Positions 1-8,545 of a DNA stretch of 32,000 nt are shown here, piece after piece; position 1 is the first letter of the stretch, and each line of letters begins with the position of its first letter. The DNA lies in assembly GCF_049243625.1 (NCBI RefSeq), contig NZ_CP046975.1; one strand, written 5' to 3'. This DNA is from Corynebacterium amycolatum. Its GTDB lineage: Bacteria > Actinomycetota > Actinomycetes > Mycobacteriales > Mycobacteriaceae. The notes beneath the pieces were generated by a model, which saw nothing but the letters and a program-made list of their open reading frames with translations, ran no database searches and was not told the origin of the DNA. The position numbers were made by a program, and so were the translations under genes.

Positions 1-139
<139 letters not shown>

Positions 140-189
140 ACTGGCTTAGTCGAGTTAAATTCCACGGAAAGGGCATGTGAGGAAAGCTC

Positions 190-1338
190 ATGCGCGACAT
201 CGTTGAAATCGGTATTGGCCGCGAGGCACGCCGGACCTACGAGTTGGACGATATTGCACTCGTTCCCACTCGTCGTACTCGGTCGTCCAAGGACGTCGAT
301 ACCTCCTGGCGAATTGACGCCTACGATTTCGAACTCCCGATGATGATGCATCCGACAGATGCCATCGCCAGCCCGGAATCCGTCGCTGAGTTTGCTCGCC
401 TGGGCGGCTTGGCGGTTCTCAACGCCGAGGGTATCTGGGCCCGTCACGCCGATGCGCAGGACAAGATTGCCGAGCTGGTGAAGTTGGCAAAGAATGCCGC
501 CACCAAGCGCGAATCCGAGGCAGTGAACCGCAAGCTGCAGGAACTGCACTCTGCTCCGATTGATACGGAGCTGTTGGTTGAGCGCATCAAGGAAATCCGC
601 GCAACCGGTGCGATCACTGCAGTTCGTGTCTCCCCGCAGCACGTCCGTGAGTTGGCGCCGCTGGCTATTAAAGCTGGCATTGACTTGTTGGTTATCCAGG
701 GCACGCTGATTTCCGCAGAGCACGTCACTGCTCAGGGTGAGCCGCTGAACCTCAAGGACTTCATCGGCAGCCTGGACGTTCCGGTTATTGCCGGTGGCGT
801 TGTCGACTACCAGACTGCGCTGCATCTGATGCGCTCAGGCGCCGCTGGTGTAATCGTCGGTACAGGCTTTACGACGTCCCCGGATGCGCTCGGCATCGAT
901 GTGCCAATGGCTACCGCTATTGCGGATGCTGCAGCTGCTCGTAAGGACTACCTCGATGAGACCGAGGGCCGCTACGTCCACATCATTGCCGACGGCGGCA
1001 TTGATACCGTCGGTGATATTGCCAAGGCAATCGCCTGCGGTGCGGATGCTGTGGCGCTGTCCAGTGCGCTGGCAACCGTCAACGAAGCCCCGGGGCAGGG
1101 CTATGTCTGGCCGTCTGTTGCGGCACACCCGAAGTACCCGCGAGGTGCGGTGTGGCCGGTTGTCGACGATGAGAAGGAATTGGTCAGCCTGGAAGAGGCT
1201 CTGTTTGGCCCGTCCGCCTCGCCGTTCGGTGACCGCAATCTCGCCGGTGGCCTGCGTCGCGCAATGGCCAAGTGCGGCTTTACCAACCTGAAGTCCTTCC
1301 ACCGCGTTGAGCTGTCGGTACGTCCAAAGGGTTTGTAA
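190..1338 (+). CDS. guaB3: GuaB3-type IMP dehydrogenase family protein (short paralog with no CBS domains and no catalytic Cys)
   Basis: 382-aa ORF. SD GAGGAAAG lies 5 nt upstream of the ATG. IMPDH TIM-barrel motifs are present (IIADGGI..GDIAKAIACGADAVAL). The active-site loop reads VGTGFTTSPD where canonical IMPDH has GxGSICTT. The position right after guaB matches Rv3410c/cg0700. Confidence 0.85.
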   Translation: MRDIVEIGIGREARRTYELDDIALVPTRRTRSSKDVDTSWRIDAYDFELPMMMHPTDAIASPESVAEFARLGGLAVLNAEGIWARHADAQDKIAELVKLAKNAATKRESEAVNRKLQELHSAPIDTELLVERIKEIRATGAITAVRVSPQHVRELAPLAIKAGIDLLVIQGTLISAEHVTAQGEPLNLKDFIGSLDVPVIAGGVVDYQTALHLMRSGAAGVIVGTGFTTSPDALGIDVPMATAIADAAAARKDYLDETEGRYVHIIADGGIDTVGDIAKAIACGADAVALSSALATVNEAPGQGYVWPSVAAHPKYPRGAVWPVVDDEKELVSLEEALFGPSASPFGDRNLAGGLRRAMAKCGFTNLKSFHRVELSVRPKGL

Positions 1339-1378
1339 TTAAAGTAATCGGATAGTTTTTTCGCAAAACTACCTTACT

Positions 1379-1455
1379 GAAAAGCCACCTCCGCTTAGGG
1401 TTAGGAACATGAGTTCCGCGCATTAGTGTTACGCCCTTAGAGAAGGTGGCTTTTC
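1379..1455 (+). promoter_or_regulatory. Long imperfect hairpin whose 3' arm contains the SD of the downstream choD-like gene; it may also serve as the guaB3 terminator
   Basis: Perfect 12-bp inverted repeat GAAAAGCCACCT (1379-1390) / AGGTGGCTTTTC (1444-1455). A second helix pairs CTTAGGG (1394-1400) with CCCTTAG (1434-1440) at 6/7. The apical hairpin is GGAAC-ATGA-GTTCC (1404-1417). The ATG is at 1458. Confidence 0.35.
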
Positions 1456-1457
1456 CC

Positions 1458-3206
1458 ATGAGTAAACAACGTGATTTCGATGTTGTAATCGTCGGTTCCG
1501 GTTTCGGTGGCTCTGTTTCTGCTTTGCGGTTGACCGAAAAAGGCTACCGAGTGGCAGTTCTCGAAGCCGGTCGACGGTTCGAAGATAAAGACTTTGCCAA
1601 GACCAGCTGGCGGCTTCATAAGTACCTGTGGGCTCCCAAGCTGGGGCTCTTTGGCGTCCAGCGCGTGCACATGTTGAAAGATGTCATGATTCTCGCTGGT
1701 GCTGGAGTCGGCGGTGGTTCCCTTAACTACGCAAACACTCTGTATAAGCCGGGTACCGAGTACTTCCAGCACCGTCAGTGGGGGCACATTACCGACTGGG
1801 AGTCAGAACTCACTCCGCACTATGACAATGCATCTCGCATGCTCGGGGTGGTCACCAACCCATCCGACACGCCTGCCGACGTTGTCATGCGTGAGGTAGC
1901 CGAAGATATGGGGGTGGGCCATACTTTCCGCTCAACCCCGGTGGGCGTGTTCTTCGGTGCCAAGACTGGTGGTCAGGGTGTGCCAGGGCAAACAGTTTCC
2001 GATCCCTACTTTGGTGGCGTTGGACCGGACCGCACTGCTTGTACGGAATGTGGTGAGTGCATGACTGGTTGCCGCCACAATGCAAAGAACACCCTGGTTA
2101 AGAACTACCTTTACTTGGCGGAGAAGTTCGGTGCGCAGGTCTTTGACCGCACTACCGTTACTGGCCTGCATCCTCAGGCTGATGGCTCCTGGGTTATTGA
2201 CACTGAGCGCAGTGGCCGTTGGGTAGCTAAGGGCAAGCAGCAGTTTAGAGCTAAGCGCGTTATTCTCGCCGCCGGTGCCTGGGGAACCCAGAATTTGCTG
2301 CACCGGCAGCAGGCCGATGGGTACTTGCCGCTGCTGCCGAAGTCTTTGGGCAAGCTGACCCGCACCAACTCCGAGGCTATCTTGGGCGCGATGGGTACGA
2401 AGGTGGACCCGGAAAATGACTTCTCTAACGGTGTAGCTATCACTTCGTCATTCTTCCCGGACGAGGACACCCATATCGAGCCAGTGCGCTACGGCAAGGG
2501 GTCTAATGCCATTGCAATGCTGCAGATGATTATGACCGAAGGGGGTCGTGCAACTCCGCGTTGGCTACAGGCTGTGGGGATCGTCGTAAAGCACCCGAAC
2601 TACCTGACACAACTCCTGAACCTGCGTAAGTGGTCGCAGCGCACCGTGATTTCTTTGGTGATGCAGAATCGCGACAACTCGATTACGACGTACCTGCAAA
2701 AGATCGGGCCGGTGCGTTTCCTGATGAGTAAGCAGGGCGAGGGGGAGCCGAACCCGACGTGGATTCCGTCGGGCAACGAAGCTACGCAACGTGCGGCGGA
2801 CAAGCTCAATGCACGTGGTCGGAATGGTCGTGTGCTGGCTGGTGGCACTATCGGTGAGTTGGCAAACATTCCTTTGACAGCTCACTTCATTGGTGGCGCG
2901 ACGATTTCGGATTCGCCCGAAAACGGCGTAGTCGACCCGTACCTGCGCGTGTGGGGCTACCCGACGCTCTCGATTCACGACGGCTCGGCGATGGCAGCCA
3001 ACCCGGGGGTGAACCCGTCACTGTCGATTTCCGCGAATGCGGAGCGTGCAACGTCGCTGTGGCCGAATAAGGGTGAGGAAGATCAGCGTCCGGCGCAGGG
3101 TGAGTCCTACGTGCGACTGGAGCCGATTGCTCCGGTGAACCCGGCTGTGCCGGAAGATGCTCCGGCTGCACTGAACCTGGGTATGCCTGCAGTCCGTAAG
3201 TCTTGA
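1458..3206 (+). CDS. choD: GMC-family FAD oxidoreductase, cholesterol oxidase ChoD-like
   Basis: N-terminal FAD Rossmann motif DVVIVGSGFGGSVSALRLTEKGYRVAVLEAG. The length of about 580 aa and the position between guaB3 and guaA match Rv3409c. I prefer the ATG at 1458 (SD AGAAGGTGG at 1441-1449) over the in-frame GTG at 1446. Confidence 0.85.
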   Translation: MSKQRDFDVVIVGSGFGGSVSALRLTEKGYRVAVLEAGRRFEDKDFAKTSWRLHKYLWAPKLGLFGVQRVHMLKDVMILAGAGVGGGSLNYANTLYKPGTEYFQHRQWGHITDWESELTPHYDNASRMLGVVTNPSDTPADVVMREVAEDMGVGHTFRSTPVGVFFGAKTGGQGVPGQTVSDPYFGGVGPDRTACTECGECMTGCRHNAKNTLVKNYLYLAEKFGAQVFDRTTVTGLHPQADGSWVIDTERSGRWVAKGKQQFRAKRVILAAGAWGTQNLLHRQQADGYLPLLPKSLGKLTRTNSEAILGAMGTKVDPENDFSNGVAITSSFFPDEDTHIEPVRYGKGSNAIAMLQMIMTEGGRATPRWLQAVGIVVKHPNYLTQLLNLRKWSQRTVISLVMQNRDNSITTYLQKIGPVRFLMSKQGEGEPNPTWIPSGNEATQRAADKLNARGRNGRVLAGGTIGELANIPLTAHFIGGATISDSPENGVVDPYLRVWGYPTLSIHDGSAMAANPGVNPSLSISANAERATSLWPNKGEEDQRPAQGESYVRLEPIAPVNPAVPEDAPAALNLGMPAVRKS

Positions 3207-3219
3207 TAAGCTTTAGGGC

Positions 3220-4794
3220 GTGTCTGAACAGGTGACTAAGCCCGTCCTCGTCGTGGACTTCGGTGCGCAGTATGCACAGCTCATCGCGCGACGTGTGCGC
3301 GAGGCAAAAATTTATTCCGAAGTGGTCTCGCATGATGCGACGACCGAAGAAATCAAGGCCAAGAACCCGGCCGCGCTGGTGCTGTCCGGCGGCCCGTCCA
3401 GTGCCTACGCCGAAGGTGCCCCGAAGCTCAACCCAGAGTGGCTTGAGCTGGGCATTCCGGTGTTTGGTATTTGCTACGGTTTCCAGGTGATGACTGAGGT
3501 GCTCGGCGGCACGATCGCTGCTACCGGTGACCGTGAGTACGGCCGCACGCAGCTAAACGTCGTCGACGGTGGCGGTGTCGCTCACGCTGGTGTGCCGGAG
3601 ACGCACGAGGTGTGGATGAGCCACGGTGACGCGGTGTCTGAGGCACCGGAGGGCTTCACCGTTACGGCGTCCACCAAGGGTGCTCCGGTAGCCGCTTTCG
3701 AGTGCTTGGAAAAGCGCATGGCCGGTGTGCAGTACCACCCGGAGGTCAACCACTCGCCGTATGGTCAGCAGGTTCTGGAGAAGTTCCTGTACGAGATTGC
3801 TGGCCTGGAGCCGGACTGGACTGCCGCTAATATCGCGGAAGAGCTGATTGAGCAGGTCCGTAATCAGGTCGGTGAGACCGGTCGCGCAATTTGCGGTCTG
3901 TCTGGCGGCGTTGACTCCGCAGTTGCCGCCGCGCTGGTGCAGCGCGCTATTGGTGACCGTCTGACCTGTGTCTTCGTCGATCATGGGCTGCTGCGTCAGG
4001 GCGAGCGCGAGCAGGTTGAGAAGGATTTCGTTGCTGCAACTGGCGCGAAGCTGATCACCGTCGACGACTCCAAAGTCTTCCTGGATGCTTTGGCTGGTAT
4101 CACCGATCCGGAGACCAAGCGTAAGACTATCGGCCGTGAGTTCATCCGATCCTTCGAGCGCGCTGTCGCTCAGGCACTGGAGGGCGCTCCGGAGGGCGAG
4201 ACCGTGGACTTCCTGGTTCAGGGCACCCTGTACCCGGATGTGGTGGAGTCCGGCGGCGGTTCTGGTACTGCCAACATCAAGAGCCACCACAACGTCGGTG
4301 GTCTGCCGGATGACGTTGAGTTCACCCTCGTTGAGCCGCTGCGCCTGCTGTTCAAGGACGAGGTCCGTGCGGTCGGCCGTGAGCTGGGGCTGCCGGAAGA
4401 AATCGTTGCTCGTCAGCCGTTCCCGGGTCCGGGGCTCGGTATCCGCATCATCGGCGCTGTCGATGAGGAGCGCCTGGATACCCTCCGCCGTGCCGACGCC
4501 ATTGCGCGCGAGGAAATGACGGCCGCAGGTATGGATGAGGTTGTCTGGCAGTGCCCGGTCGTCCTGCTTGCCGACGTTCGCTCGGTCGGTGTTCAGGGCG
4601 ATGGTCGTACTTATGGCCACCCAATTGTGCTGCGCCCGGTTTCCTCTGAGGATGCGATGACCGCTGACTGGACTCGCGTTCCGTACGACACTTTGGAGAA
4701 GATTTCCACCCGTATTACCAACGAGGTGCCAGAGGTCAACCGAGTGGTCCTGGATGTGACTTCCAAGCCGCCGGGAACCATTGAGTGGGAGTAA
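3220..4794 (+). CDS. guaA: GMP synthase (glutamine-hydrolysing)
   Basis: 524 aa with a GTG start. The GATase domain is present (GICYGFQ, HGD). The ATP-PPase P-loop reads [10 protein letters not shown]. The conserved C-terminus reads KPPGTIEWE. Confidence 0.95.
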   Translation: MSEQVTKPVLVVDFGAQYAQLIARRVREAKIYSEVVSHDATTEEIKAKNPAALVLSGGPSSAYAEGAPKLNPEWLELGIPVFGICYGFQVMTEVLGGTIAATGDREYGRTQLNVVDGGGVAHAGVPETHEVWMSHGDAVSEAPEGFTVTASTKGAPVAAFECLEKRMAGVQYHPEVNHSPYGQQVLEKFLYEIAGLEPDWTAANIAEELIEQVRNQVGETGRAICGLSGGVDSAVAAALVQRAIGDRLTCVFVDHGLLRQGEREQVEKDFVAATGAKLITVDDSKVFLDALAGITDPETKRKTIGREFIRSFERAVAQALEGAPEGETVDFLVQGTLYPDVVESGGGSGTANIKSHHNVGGLPDDVEFTLVEPLRLLFKDEVRAVGRELGLPEEIVARQPFPGPGLGIRIIGAVDEERLDTLRRADAIAREEMTAAGMDEVVWQCPVVLLADVRSVGVQGDGRTYGHPIVLRPVSSEDAMTADWTRVPYDTLEKISTRITNEVPEVNRVVLDVTSKPPGTIEWE

Positions 4795-4798
4795 GCCA

Positions 4799-5560
4799 CT
4801 AGTTGGCAAGGGCCGTGTCTGTGAGTTGTGCAAACTCGCGGGCACGGTCCTTTTCCGTCAGGGCAGAATTGTTCCTGGTGATGGTGATGCGCTTATCGGC
4901 CACGAGCGTGTGGAGGGCTGCGCTCACGGCATCGTCGTCAAGCATGGCGAAGTAAGGCAGCTGGTCGGTGAAGAAGACGTAGTTGTCGCGCAGACGTGCG
5001 GTGAAGAGGACCGCGAGGATGCGGGCCTCTGGTGAGTCGGCGGGATAAGGGCAGCGTTGGGAGAAGTCGTCGGGAAGTTGTGCGGCCATCGGGAGGAAGC
5101 CGAATTGCCGCGGCAGGATTGCGCAGGTAGCGGTGATGGCGGACAGAACTAGGGTCACTATGCAGGCGATCGGTGTAGAGGAGATTCGTTCGGCGACAGC
5201 CGCAATAATCCATGCGCCGGGGAAAATCAGCAGCACGCTTACGCTGGAGGTCCAAGAGATGTCGTTTGGTGACTCACGCATCGGCTCGGCGAAATAGGAC
5301 GGCCGAGTTTCTTTGGTGGGTGTTTTTGCCTGGCGCACGAAAAGAGTGGCGCCGATGAGAGCCAGTAAAAGCGCTATCATGATCCACCAGCCAATGGAGC
5401 CGATGATATGTGCGTTAAGCAGCGCGAGCAGTGTAATCACTGCGGTGATGACGCCAATCACCGTCCCCAGCCGCACGGGATTATTGATAAATTTTGTCGT
5501 GCGTTGAGTCGCGTCTGGGTAAGACCCTGAAGAGTGTTGGTATCGGCTGCATTCAGTCAT
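4799..5560 (-). CDS. Hypothetical integral membrane protein (about 4 TM helices plus a ~90-aa soluble C-terminal domain)
   Basis: 253-aa ORF with four hydrophobic stretches (e.g. LGTVIGVITAVITLLALL, WWIMIALLLALIGATLF). I recognise no family. It converges on guaA with only a 4-nt gap. Confidence 0.6.
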   Translation of the reverse strand: MTECSRYQHSSGSYPDATQRTTKFINNPVRLGTVIGVITAVITLLALLNAHIIGSIGWWIMIALLLALIGATLFVRQAKTPTKETRPSYFAEPMRESPNDISWTSSVSVLLIFPGAWIIAAVAERISSTPIACIVTLVLSAITATCAILPRQFGFLPMAAQLPDDFSQRCPYPADSPEARILAVLFTARLRDNYVFFTDQLPYFAMLDDDAVSAALHTLVADKRITITRNNSALTEKDRAREFAQLTDTALAN

Positions 5561-5607
5561 ACTTCTTAAGTTTAGTAGCGGTGGAACTATAGATTGTTGA
5601 GAGTCGT

Positions 5608-5931
5608 GTGGCTAGTGTTATGACTATGAGCATTGTAAAAATTAACGCTATTACCGTTCCTGAGGGTGCGGGAGAAGAGCTCGAACGTCGCTTTTCCGCT
5701 AACTCTTCGAAAATGACCGATGTCCCGGGGTTTATTGGTTTCCAGCTGCTGCGTCCAACCGCAGGGGAGAGCCGCTACTTCGTCTTCACTGAGTGGGAGA
5801 GCGAGGAGGCCTACCAGGGGTGGCGTGAGGGCCGTGCCTTCAAGGCATCGCATGAGGGCGAAAAGCGCAAGCCGGTGTCGTCGTCGGCTGATTTGCTCGA
5901 ATTCGATGTAGTCCTGGATGTGAAGGCGTAA
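5608..5931 (+). CDS. Antibiotic-biosynthesis-monooxygenase (ABM) fold protein, MhuD/IsdG-like heme-degrading monooxygenase
   Basis: The sequence SIVKINAITVPEGAGEELERRFS...PGFIGFQLLRP..ESRYFVFTEWESEEAYQGW...LLEFDVVLDV closely parallels M. tuberculosis MhuD (VVKINAIEVPAGAGPELEKRF...PGFLGFQLLRP...LLEFEVVLDV). The start is ambiguous between GTG 5608, ATG 5620 and ATG 5626. Confidence 0.8.
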   Translation: MASVMTMSIVKINAITVPEGAGEELERRFSANSSKMTDVPGFIGFQLLRPTAGESRYFVFTEWESEEAYQGWREGRAFKASHEGEKRKPVSSSADLLEFDVVLDVKA

Positions 5932-5965
5932 GCATTACGCAATGTAGTGTTCGGCTGAGGTTAGA

Positions 5966-5997
5966 GCGTCGCGCGGTGGTGTGCGGCGCTTTTCTTC
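5966..5997 (+). terminator. Rho-independent terminator downstream of the MhuD-like gene
   Basis: Stem GCGTCGC (5966-5972) / GCGGCGC (5983-5989), 7 bp with one G-U pair and a 10-nt loop, followed by TTTTCTTCG. Confidence 0.5.
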
Positions 5998-6008
5998 GCA
6001 CATTAATA

Positions 6009-6024
6009 CCGAACGTACGTGCTA
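6009..6024. promoter_or_regulatory. Degenerate LexA (SOS) box candidate upstream of imuA'-imuB
   Basis: cCGAACGTACGTgCtA compared with the actinobacterial consensus TCGAAC-N4-GTTCGA. The core GAAC-N4-GTgC matches 7/8. It lies about 125-140 nt upstream of the imuA' start. Confidence 0.3.
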
Positions 6025-6146
6025 TTTAAGGTAGTGTTTAATCCGCTTGTTGGGAAAGAATATTCGAGCAGGGTTCGTGGTGAGCATGGCAGTGAGTCGA
6101 CAGAGGGTCGACAGCGGGATGACAACGAAATGAGGTGGAACAAGAA

Positions 6147-6842
6147 GTGACAACGGCGGTCAATATTGCTGCGGGGCAGTCTAGGGAGCAGACTATTGCG
6201 GCATTGCGGCAGGCGATGGCAGCCCAGTCTGGTGGGACTGTAACTGGTGCAACCTTTGGGCTCGGTGAGGCGCTGCCGGTGCCGGTGGCGTTGGAAAATA
6301 CGTTGGCGGGAGCAGTGCGAAAAGGGGCTGTCAGTGTCATTGAACAGCCCGGTGCGGTATTAGCAGGCCTAATCGCGGAAGTTACGAAGACAGGTCATGT
6401 TGCGCTAGTTGGGCTCTCCGAGCAGGGGTTGCTCTCCGTGGTGGAGTTGGGCGGGAAGCTATCGAACATTGTCTGTGTGCCAGATCCTGGAATGCAGCCA
6501 CTTGAAGTAATTGGGCTGCTGGCGGACGGCGTTGACTTGGTGGTGGCTTCGTTGGCACCCACTCCGCCGCCGTCGCAGGCACGTCCGCTGCAGGCACGAC
6601 TGCGCACGAGTGGTTGTGCTCTGGTTTTTGTCGGGCAGCAGTGGCCGGGCGCTGAGTCGGAAATTTCCAGCTCTGTTGCTGGTGTTTCCGGGATTGGTAC
6701 TGGGTATGGCCGGATTCGGGCAGTGGATTACCACGTCAGTGTGTCGGGGACGCGGTTTCCGCGGAGGCAGTGCCGTTGGCGGGTGGGGGAACAGGTGGAA
6801 CAGAACAATGTGGTCGCCTTTCCCGCACAGAGGAGGTCCTAA
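6147..6842 (+). CDS. imuA: ImuA' (RecA/SulA-fold accessory protein of the ImuA'-ImuB-DnaE2 mutasome)
   Basis: The segment LPVPVALENTLAGAVRKGAVSVIE...GHVALVGLSEQGLLSVVELGGKLSNIVCVPDPG follows the ImuA' pattern (LPVP..L..GGL.RG.V...; A.VG.P.LGL.AA.E.G..L.R...VPDPG). It is translationally coupled to imuB. I prefer GTG 6147 (SD GAGGTGG at 6132-6138); the alternative is GTG 6135. Confidence 0.8.
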   Translation: MTTAVNIAAGQSREQTIAALRQAMAAQSGGTVTGATFGLGEALPVPVALENTLAGAVRKGAVSVIEQPGAVLAGLIAEVTKTGHVALVGLSEQGLLSVVELGGKLSNIVCVPDPGMQPLEVIGLLADGVDLVVASLAPTPPPSQARPLQARLRTSGCALVFVGQQWPGAESEISSSVAGVSGIGTGYGRIRAVDYHVSVSGTRFPRRQCRWRVGEQVEQNNVVAFPAQRRS

Positions 6843-8506
6843 TGGCAGCGGCGGAATCGAACCGTGTGGTGGCGCTATGGCTTCCTGATTGGCCAGTGCA
6901 GGCAGCGCATCTAGCATCTGTGACGTCGCAGGCTAATCCGCTCAGTCCAGTTGCAATTGTGGGTGATAGCGGAGTCGCTGCTTGTTCTCCAAGTGCACGC
7001 CGTGCAGGGGTACGGCGCGGGCAAAGTCGTCGTCATGCGGAAGCGTTGTGCCCGGAACTGGAGGTTGTCGAGGAAAGTGCGGTGCGCGACGCTGCGGAAT
7101 TCGAGTCCGTGCTGCAACGGTTGGAGGCGGTGGCAGCTGGTGTCGAAGCTCTACGGCCAGGCTTGGCGGTTGTGGCAGCGCGAGGGGTAATGCGTTATTA
7201 CGGCGGACAGGATGTGGCCTTGGAAAAGCTGCTTGATGCCGCTGCAGTACCGGGTGTGGACTGCAGCTTGGGGCTCGCGGACGATATTGTGACAGCTATT
7301 TTGGCAGCGCGCCGGGGAGTGCTGGTAGCTCCCGGGGAGGATGAAGGCAAAAGATTTCGGCAGGGAATCTCTCTGGTGGAGCTTAGGGCGGAAAGTGCAC
7401 TGGAGATGCCCGCAGAGCTTGCGAAGTCGTGGCAGGAACTCGGTCTGCGCACATTGGGAGATGTCGCTGCGTTGCCGAAGCGGGATATAGCCAACAGGTT
7501 TGGGGTGCAGGGGGCTAGATGGCATGATTTGGCCTGTCGTGGGGAAGTGCGGTTGGTAGCGCCGCGATCTTTGCCACCAGGATTGGCTGCGAGCTACCAG
7601 TCTTGGGAGAGTCCACTCCGGAGAGTGGACGAGGCCTCATTCGTGGCGCGTTTTCTAGCTGGGCAACTGCATGAACAGCTTTTTAACCATGGGTATTCGT
7701 GCTACCGCTTAGCGGTGGTGGCGCAGTTTAGTGACGGCTCAGAGGTGCGCAGAGTATGGCGCTGCACTGAGCCACTGGCAGAACAGACTACGGCTGACAG
7801 AGTTCGGTGGCAGCTCGATGGCTGGCTGAATAACAGGAATCGGCAGCAGCCACGAGGGAACAGCGACACTGGTGCTGGAGTTGTTGGCTGCGCTGAGGAA
7901 AATGACGGAGATGATAGCCGCGGAATCGTAGAGCTGCAGTTAGAGCCACTGGATGTGGTCGCCGCCGGGACTGTAAAGCAGGATTTGTGGCACGGTAGTG
8001 ATGATGCGCGAGCTAAAGCGCGCCGGGCTGCAGAGCGTGTGCAGGGGTTACTGGGGCCAGAGGCAGTACAGCAACCAATCATGCAAGGCGGGCGTGGCCC
8101 AGGCGAAAGAGTGGGATTTGTCGCTTTCGGAGAAAACCCCAAAAACACAAAAACCGCGGAAATTAATCAGCCATGGCCGGGAGCTGTTCTTGCCCCCAAT
8201 CCGGCAATTATTCCCGCGACTGCGAATGCAGAGGTGGAAGTGCTCGACGCCGATGGGCACACCGTGGGCGTAACTGGGCGAGCGACCATGACGGCGGAAC
8301 CGTCCCTGGTGCGACATGGAGTAACAACGTATCGCGTGTCATCGTGGGCTGGGCCCTGGCCGATTGATGAGCGCTGGTGGGTACCCGATGAGGCTCGCCG
8401 AGCGGCAAGAATACAAATCCGTGCGGTAGCGAATGACGGTACCATCGCCGCCTGGTTGCTCATAGGGCATGCCGGCGCATGGAGAATCGAGGGTGCTTAC
8501 GCGTAG
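6842..8506 (+). CDS. imuB: ImuB (Y-family DNA-polymerase-like, catalytically inactive adaptor of the mutasome)
   Basis: The N-terminus RVVALWLPDWPVQAA is typical of ImuB. The ATG overlaps the imuA' stop (TAATG at 6840-6844) and follows SD AGAGGAGG (6830-6837). The longer ORF starting at 6770 is only an upstream extension inside imuA'. Confidence 0.85.
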   Translation: MAAAESNRVVALWLPDWPVQAAHLASVTSQANPLSPVAIVGDSGVAACSPSARRAGVRRGQSRRHAEALCPELEVVEESAVRDAAEFESVLQRLEAVAAGVEALRPGLAVVAARGVMRYYGGQDVALEKLLDAAAVPGVDCSLGLADDIVTAILAARRGVLVAPGEDEGKRFRQGISLVELRAESALEMPAELAKSWQELGLRTLGDVAALPKRDIANRFGVQGARWHDLACRGEVRLVAPRSLPPGLAASYQSWESPLRRVDEASFVARFLAGQLHEQLFNHGYSCYRLAVVAQFSDGSEVRRVWRCTEPLAEQTTADRVRWQLDGWLNNRNRQQPRGNSDTGAGVVGCAEENDGDDSRGIVELQLEPLDVVAAGTVKQDLWHGSDDARAKARRAAERVQGLLGPEAVQQPIMQGGRGPGERVGFVAFGENPKNTKTAEINQPWPGAVLAPNPAIIPATANAEVEVLDADGHTVGVTGRATMTAEPSLVRHGVTTYRVSSWAGPWPIDERWWVPDEARRAARIQIRAVANDGTIAAWLLIGHAGAWRIEGAYA

Positions 8507-8507
8507 A

Positions 8508-8531
8508 GACGCAGTGGAGGAGGAGTGCGTC
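8508..8531. terminator. Weak hairpin between the convergent imuB and lipoprotein genes
   Basis: GACGCA (8508-8513) / TGCGTC (8526-8531), a 6-bp stem with a 12-nt loop and no U-tract. Confidence 0.2.
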
Positions 8532-8545
8532 GGTGTGCAAACCGA

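Noticed and set aside
3553-4845. 430-aa ORF on the - strand, antisense to guaA
   Set aside because: It is fully nested opposite an unmistakable GMP synthase gene. The translation is Arg/Leu/Gly/Thr-rich with no recognisable motifs. This is the typical shadow ORF of high-GC DNA.
5566-5584. Possible DtxR/IdeR iron box upstream of the MhuD-like gene (TTAAGTTTAGTAGCGGTGG)
   Set aside because: Only the left half resembles TTAGGTTAGCCTAACCTAA. The right half does not match, at roughly 6/19 identities overall.
6063-6078. Second SOS-like sequence TTCGAGCAGGGTTCGT upstream of imuA'
   Set aside because: The half-sites are separated by 3 nt, not 4. When the GTTCG half is aligned to the consensus, the left half fails.
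6770-6841. Upstream extension of imuB (ORF start at 6770), overlapping imuA' by 73 nt
   Set aside because: The ATG at 6842 has a strong SD (AGAGGAGG), forms a TAATG coupling junction, and yields the conserved ImuB N-terminus. The extension is just open frame inside imuA'.
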